Below are positions 51,237-64,000 of a stretch of DNA of 64,000 nucleotides, piece after piece. Below the pieces are notes generated by a model. The model made no database searches, was not told the origin of the DNA, and worked only from the letters and a program-made list of their open reading frames with translations. Made by a program: the position numbers and the translations under genes. The stretch comes from Octopus vulgaris (taxonomy: Eukaryota), in assembly GCA_951406725.2 (NCBI GenBank), contig OX597827.1:84678435-84742434 (forward strand), in the 5' to 3' direction. The stretch's first letter is position 1. Each line of letters starts with the position of its first letter.

Positions 51237-52221
51237 TGAAAACGCACGCGTGTTTGTTTTCGTTTTCGATTTCAGTACGTTTTGATTCTAGATGGTTTAT
51301 CTGTTTATCTACTCTATTTGTGCGTCGAGTGTATTGTACTATTGCTTTGCTTATTGTATTGCTGTATATATGTCGTGTGTTTATTTGTGTTTTTGTGTTA
51401 TTGGTTTTCCTAATTAATTAATTTAGATATCTGTGTATGTAAGTGCTTTCGTACAGGTTTCGATCTAATTGATTAATTATTCTGTTGATATATGTGTGTA
51501 TGCGTGTATATATATGTATATATATATATATATGTATATATATGTATCGCGTGTATTGGAGAAATTGATCTTGCGAGATATACCTTTAAAACTGTTTTCT
51601 TATCTTTCGCTATCGTGCGCGTGTGTTATATATTTAGAACGGTAAATTCCGTGACAACAAGTGTCGATGTCTACAGGTTGTACATATCTGTGATGAATGG
51701 ATATTTTTACTTTTATCTATATCTATATATGTAAGTATGTGTATATGTAACATATTGTAGCTATTCCTTCTCTTGCATTCTCACACTCTCTCCCTCTCTC
51801 AAAATCTCTTTCTCTCTCTTTCTTTCACAGCCTCTCTGCCCCTCTATCTCTCCCTCGTAATCTTTTTCTCGCTTTCCGTACACTACCTCTTTCTCCCCCC
51901 CCTCTCTCGCTCTTTCCATCACACTATCTCTCCCCTCTCTCCTCACTCTCCCTTTCTCCTTCCTTTTCACTATCCCTTTCTCTTTCCCTCACGAACTCAC
52001 TCCCTCCCTCCCAATCTCTCTCTTTTTCTTTCCTTCAGACCCCCTTTCTCTATCTCTCTCGCCCTCTCTCGCTTTCCTTCCCTGCCTCTCTCTCACCCTC
52101 TCTCTTTCCCCAAAACAGTCTTCTTTTCCTCTCTCTCACCCTCCCTTCCTCACAATCTCTTCATCTCTCCTCCCTTCTCCCTTTTTCCCTCACAGCTTCT
52201 CTCTCTCCCCGCTACAACGGA

Positions 52222-53175
52222 ATGGACAACATGCAAAAATTAGAGGTGAATGCAAACACTGGCGTCAACAAAAGCCAGCGTAACTGGACGAAAGTAGAGC
52301 TGGAAGTTTTCATCAGAGGATGGAGCTCGGCCGACAGATCGCAACCAACTAAAAACATAGCGGCGACCCTGAAAAGCCATGGCTTTATGAGGACGTTGGC
52401 GCAAGTAGAGAGGAAGAAAAGAGAAGTCGAAAGGGCCTACACTCTCATTGCACCACACATGGCTTTGCTAAGCCAAGTCCTCAAGGTGGACAAAGACAAA
52501 GAGAGAGAGATGGAAACAGGAAACACCAACCACAGAGTGTCAAAAAATGACACGCCCACTGCCACAGTCGAAGAAGGCAAGCAGGGCAAACAACAGATAG
52601 GCGGCGATGGGGAAACGGAAAATAACCACCCGGATGAAAATACCTATGCAGAAAGGAACCAGTGGACAACCGTCCAACGGAGGAAGAAAAAACAGAGAGG
52701 AACTGGGGACAAGAAAACCCAGATAACATGCAAATTCTTCCGGAATGGAACCTGCTGGCATGGAGAAACAGGGGAAGGATGCAGGTTCGCTCATCCCAGG
52801 CCCTATGGAAATTGCATCAAACCCACTCGACCAAAATGCCTTAACCAAAACCAAGACCGAAACCAAAACCAGAACAAATACAAGCTGCCCCAGAAATATG
52901 CAGACATAGTGCGTAATGCCCCAACAAGGAGAAGGCGCACATTTGCAGAGGAAATGCAGACGGCGGCAGCAGAACAAAGAAATTTTGTGGAAATAGCAGA
53001 GAAAATTGTGGGACAACTGGCCTGGATACATCGTCTTCAGAGCCAGGGGCACTCACAACAGCACTCAAGACCACCACAATCAAGGGACCCAGGGTGGCCA
53101 CCGCTGACACCAGCCCAGGTGCCACACCGTCAGCCTTTATTGACACCCCAAATATCTCACCAGTGCTTCTGCTGA
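52222..53175 (+). CDS. LINE ORF1: Myb/SANT(trihelix)-like N-terminal domain + CCCH zinc finger
   Basis: 317-aa ATG-initiated ORF. RNWTKVELEVFIRGW..IAATLKSHGFMRTLAQVERKKREVERAY fits the trihelix pattern; [22 protein letters not shown] is C-x7-C-x8-C-x3-H. Confidence 0.8.
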   Translation: MDNMQKLEVNANTGVNKSQRNWTKVELEVFIRGWSSADRSQPTKNIAATLKSHGFMRTLAQVERKKREVERAYTLIAPHMALLSQVLKVDKDKEREMETGNTNHRVSKNDTPTATVEEGKQGKQQIGGDGETENNHPDENTYAERNQWTTVQRRKKKQRGTGDKKTQITCKFFRNGTCWHGETGEGCRFAHPRPYGNCIKPTRPKCLNQNQDRNQNQNKYKLPQKYADIVRNAPTRRRRTFAEEMQTAAAEQRNFVEIAEKIVGQLAWIHRLQSQGHSQQHSRPPQSRDPGWPPLTPAQVPHRQPLLTPQISHQCFC

Positions 53176-56116
53176 ATGTCAGAGGTCTGGTGAAACCCAC
53201 TAATATGGGTAAAATTCCTTACCTTAGGGACTTAAGCACAAGCAACCATGCAATATGCATAGCGCTGACTGAAACGCACCTGTCAAGCAGTATAGCAGAT
53301 GCAGAAATACACATACCAAAGTATACTGTTTTTCGGTCAGACAGGAAGGAAAGAACTCATGGTGGGGTTGCCCTGTACGTCCGTGAAGATGTCACACCCA
53401 TAGTACTGTTGACACACTCAAACTCAGTCTGTGACACACTGATAGTACACATGAAACAACCGAAAATAGTAATATGTGTCACATATCGGCCACCAGACAC
53501 CCCTAGTCATGAAGGAGTGTTTGAAGATAGCCTCAGAAGAATAGAAGAAGTCCTGGACAAACTGGACCAGGGTAACACCATTCTACTGCTGGGAGATTTT
53601 AACCTTCCGAAAGTCAAATGGCCAGATGGCCATCTCCTCCCTGGAATGACATCACTTGAACAGAGACAGACAGAGTCCTTGTTGGCTCTCACACGCAAGT
53701 TTTTCATGGAACAAGCAGTGCTTCGGCCAACAAGAGGTGAGAATGTCTTGGACCTCTGTTTCACAAGCAACCCGATGCTCATCCACAACATAATGGTAAC
53801 ACCAACAATTCTCTCAGATCACAACTTAGTAGAGGTAATGATATATGGTATGAGAGAGTTAGTTGAGACGCAGCCATTAGAAAATACCACAGGCCTATCC
53901 AGTCTAAACTTCCATAAGGCAAACTGGAAGAAGATCAACGAAGAGATCCGAAAACATGACTGGAGTGACTTCATCACCACACAAGACACCAACACACATT
54001 TCCAACATTTCATGACAACAATACAGAACATATGCCATAAGTTTGTCCCGGAGAAAAAAGCCAGCGGGCATAGGAACGTTATTCCCAGAGACAGGAAAAT
54101 ACTTATGAGGCGAAGAGCTAAGCTCTCGAAGCAACTGAATGCACGGCAGAGAAACAATGAGGGACTCCACCTGAAACTTTTTGAAACGGAAACTGCACTC
54201 AAACTTTCCTATGAGAAGGAGAGGGCAGAGAGAGAAGCCAGGGCCATAGAGAATATTAAAACAAACCCTAAAGCCTTCTTTAAATTTGCGAAAGAAACCA
54301 CCTCGGTACACTGCAAGATTGGCCCACTCTTTGATAAAAAGGGCTCTCTAACTGAGGACCCCCAAGGGATAAGTGAAATACTAAAGGAACAGTATAAAAG
54401 TGTGTTCACATCCCCTCTGGGGCACATGCAAATCACAAACCCAGAAGTTTTCTTTGATGCCACAACACTCCAAAACCAAACAACAACCATCGACCACATA
54501 GACATAACAGAGAGGGATGTAATATCTGCCATAGAAGAAATGAGAATAAACTCAGCTGCTGGACCAGATGGATTCCCAGCAGTCCTCCTAAAAACATGCA
54601 GGCATGCCCTAGCGGGACCACTGAAGAAGCTCTTCAGTGGTTCCTTGGCTAACGGTAAACTGCCCAGGGCGCTAAAAGAAGGCACCATATGCCCTATCCA
54701 CAAAGGAGGGAGTAGAGCAGAGGCCAAAAACTACAGGCCAGTCTCCCTGACGTCACACATAAGTAAGGTCATGGAACGAATCATCAGAAAAAAACTGATC
54801 ACGTTCCTCGAAGAAACTAACCGTCTCACTGACACACAGCATGGCTTTCGCCCAGGAAGAAGCTGCCTTACGCAGCTGTTACAACACTACGACTGGGTAC
54901 TGAAACAACTACTGGATCGCTCACAGGTGGATGTGGTATATCTCGACTTTGCGAAGGCCTTTGACAAAGTCGACCACGGAGTGATATGTCACAAATTACT
55001 CAGACTCGGCATAACAGGAAAAGTAGGTGAGTGGATACATGACTTCCTGAAGGACAGAAGCCAGATGGTTGCAGCCAATGGAGCCCTCTCGGGAAAGACA
55101 CCAATAGCAAGCGGGGTGCCACAGGGCACAGTCTTGGGACCCTTGCTGTTTTTGGTGGCGCTCTCTGACATGCCCTTGGTAGCACAAACAACATCCCTCA
55201 CTAGCTATGCTGATGACACAAAGGTAGCACAGGCAATCAAAAACCCAGCTGATGCTGACCTTTTACAACAAGATCTGGATGCCATATACAAATGGGCTGA
55301 AGACAACAACATGCAATTTAATGCTGGTAAATTTCAAGCCTTACAATATCAAGCTGTAAACACATATACATTACAACACAACTATACTGGTCCAGGAGGG
55401 ATCGAAATCCCAGTATCGAAATCAATACGGGACCTGGGGATAGACATGAGTGACGATGCATCTTTTTCTTCACACATCGCGAAGGTGGCGACAATGTGCA
55501 GACGACTCACTGGCTGGATCCTGAGGACATTCCGGACAAGAGACTGCGAGACCATGTTGACACTATGGAGGACATTTGTCCTAAGCCGCCTGGACTACTG
55601 CTCCCAACTGTGGTCACCGCATAGTGTCAAACTAACCACAGAGCTTGAGACAATCCAAAGACATTTCACCAAGAGGATTTCCACCATGAAAGAAAAGAAC
55701 TATTGGGAGAGGCTTAGGGAACTCAATTTGTACTCCTTGGAACGAAGACGAGAGAGATATGCAGTGATATACATATGGAAAATCCTGGAGGGACTAGCAC
55801 CAAATTTTGGAATTGAGAGCTGTTCCAATCCCCGTACAGGACGTCACTGTGTGGTGCCAAAGGTCCCGTCTTCCACATCCAGGGTAAGGAGCAGATACTG
55901 TAATAGCCTGGGGTTCAGGGGCCCTCAGCTTTTCAACAAACTGCCAAGAAAACTAAGAGATCTACATGATGCGGATGTGGACATTTTCAAAAACATCTAG
56001 ACAAGCTGCTTTCCGGGATCCCAGATGAACCCACTGCAAGGTACGAAGGTAACCTAAGGGCAGCAGCTACAAACTCTCTCTTAGATCAGTGGCCAGCCAC
56101 GGCAAACTGGACTTAG
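53094..56116 (+). CDS. LINE ORF2: APE endonuclease + reverse transcriptase (one 1-nt homopolymer frameshift near 55990)
   Basis: [37 protein letters not shown] (APE); [33 protein letters not shown] (RT). Open to 56000; the sister copy has A6 rather than A5, which restores the frame to TAG at 56114-56116. Confidence 0.92.
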
Positions 56117-56193
56117 AGAGGGTAGCAACAAGGGCGGTGCCCCAGCATGGCCTCAGCCGGATGGCTGAAACAAGTAAAAGAGTATATATAAGA

Positions 56194-64000
<7,807 letters not shown>

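Larger units (their letters stand above)
51237..56193 (+). mobile_element. Apparently full-length family C CR1/L2-group LINE (~5 kb)
   Basis: ~1-kb putative 5' UTR with CT-rich block 51760-52210, ORF1, overlapping ORF2, conserved 3' motif and GTAAAAGAG tail; (TA)n both sides. The 5' boundary is inferred from the end of the TA array. Confidence 0.88.

Overview
Eukaryotic, gene-poor, repeat-saturated DNA. The SINE sequences and extreme (TA)n content resemble an octopus/cephalopod genome (inference). No intact host protein-coding gene is supported. The dominant structure is two clusters (1-3.6 kb and 36.9-64 kb) in which at least three related CR1/L2-group APE+RT non-LTR retrotransposon families (called A, B, C here) sit inside (TA)n arrays up to ~3.8 kb long. 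They share a 3' motif GGTGCCCCAGCATGGCC-[covarying hairpin]-AAAC but have family-specific tails. One family C copy (51237-56193) appears full-length; its ORF1 combines a Myb/SANT(trihelix)-like domain with a CCCH zinc finger. The middle of the window holds a Tx1/L1-clade LINE inside a (TCTA/TCTG)n array, two tRNA-derived SINE types whose tails match these LINEs (one is nested site-specifically into itself), Penelope-type hammerhead ribozyme motifs (including a head-to-head pair in a long palindrome), and decayed Tc1, pogo, hAT-like, Gypsy, Penelope and older LINE remnants. Nearly all long YIYI-type ORFs are microsatellite artefacts.
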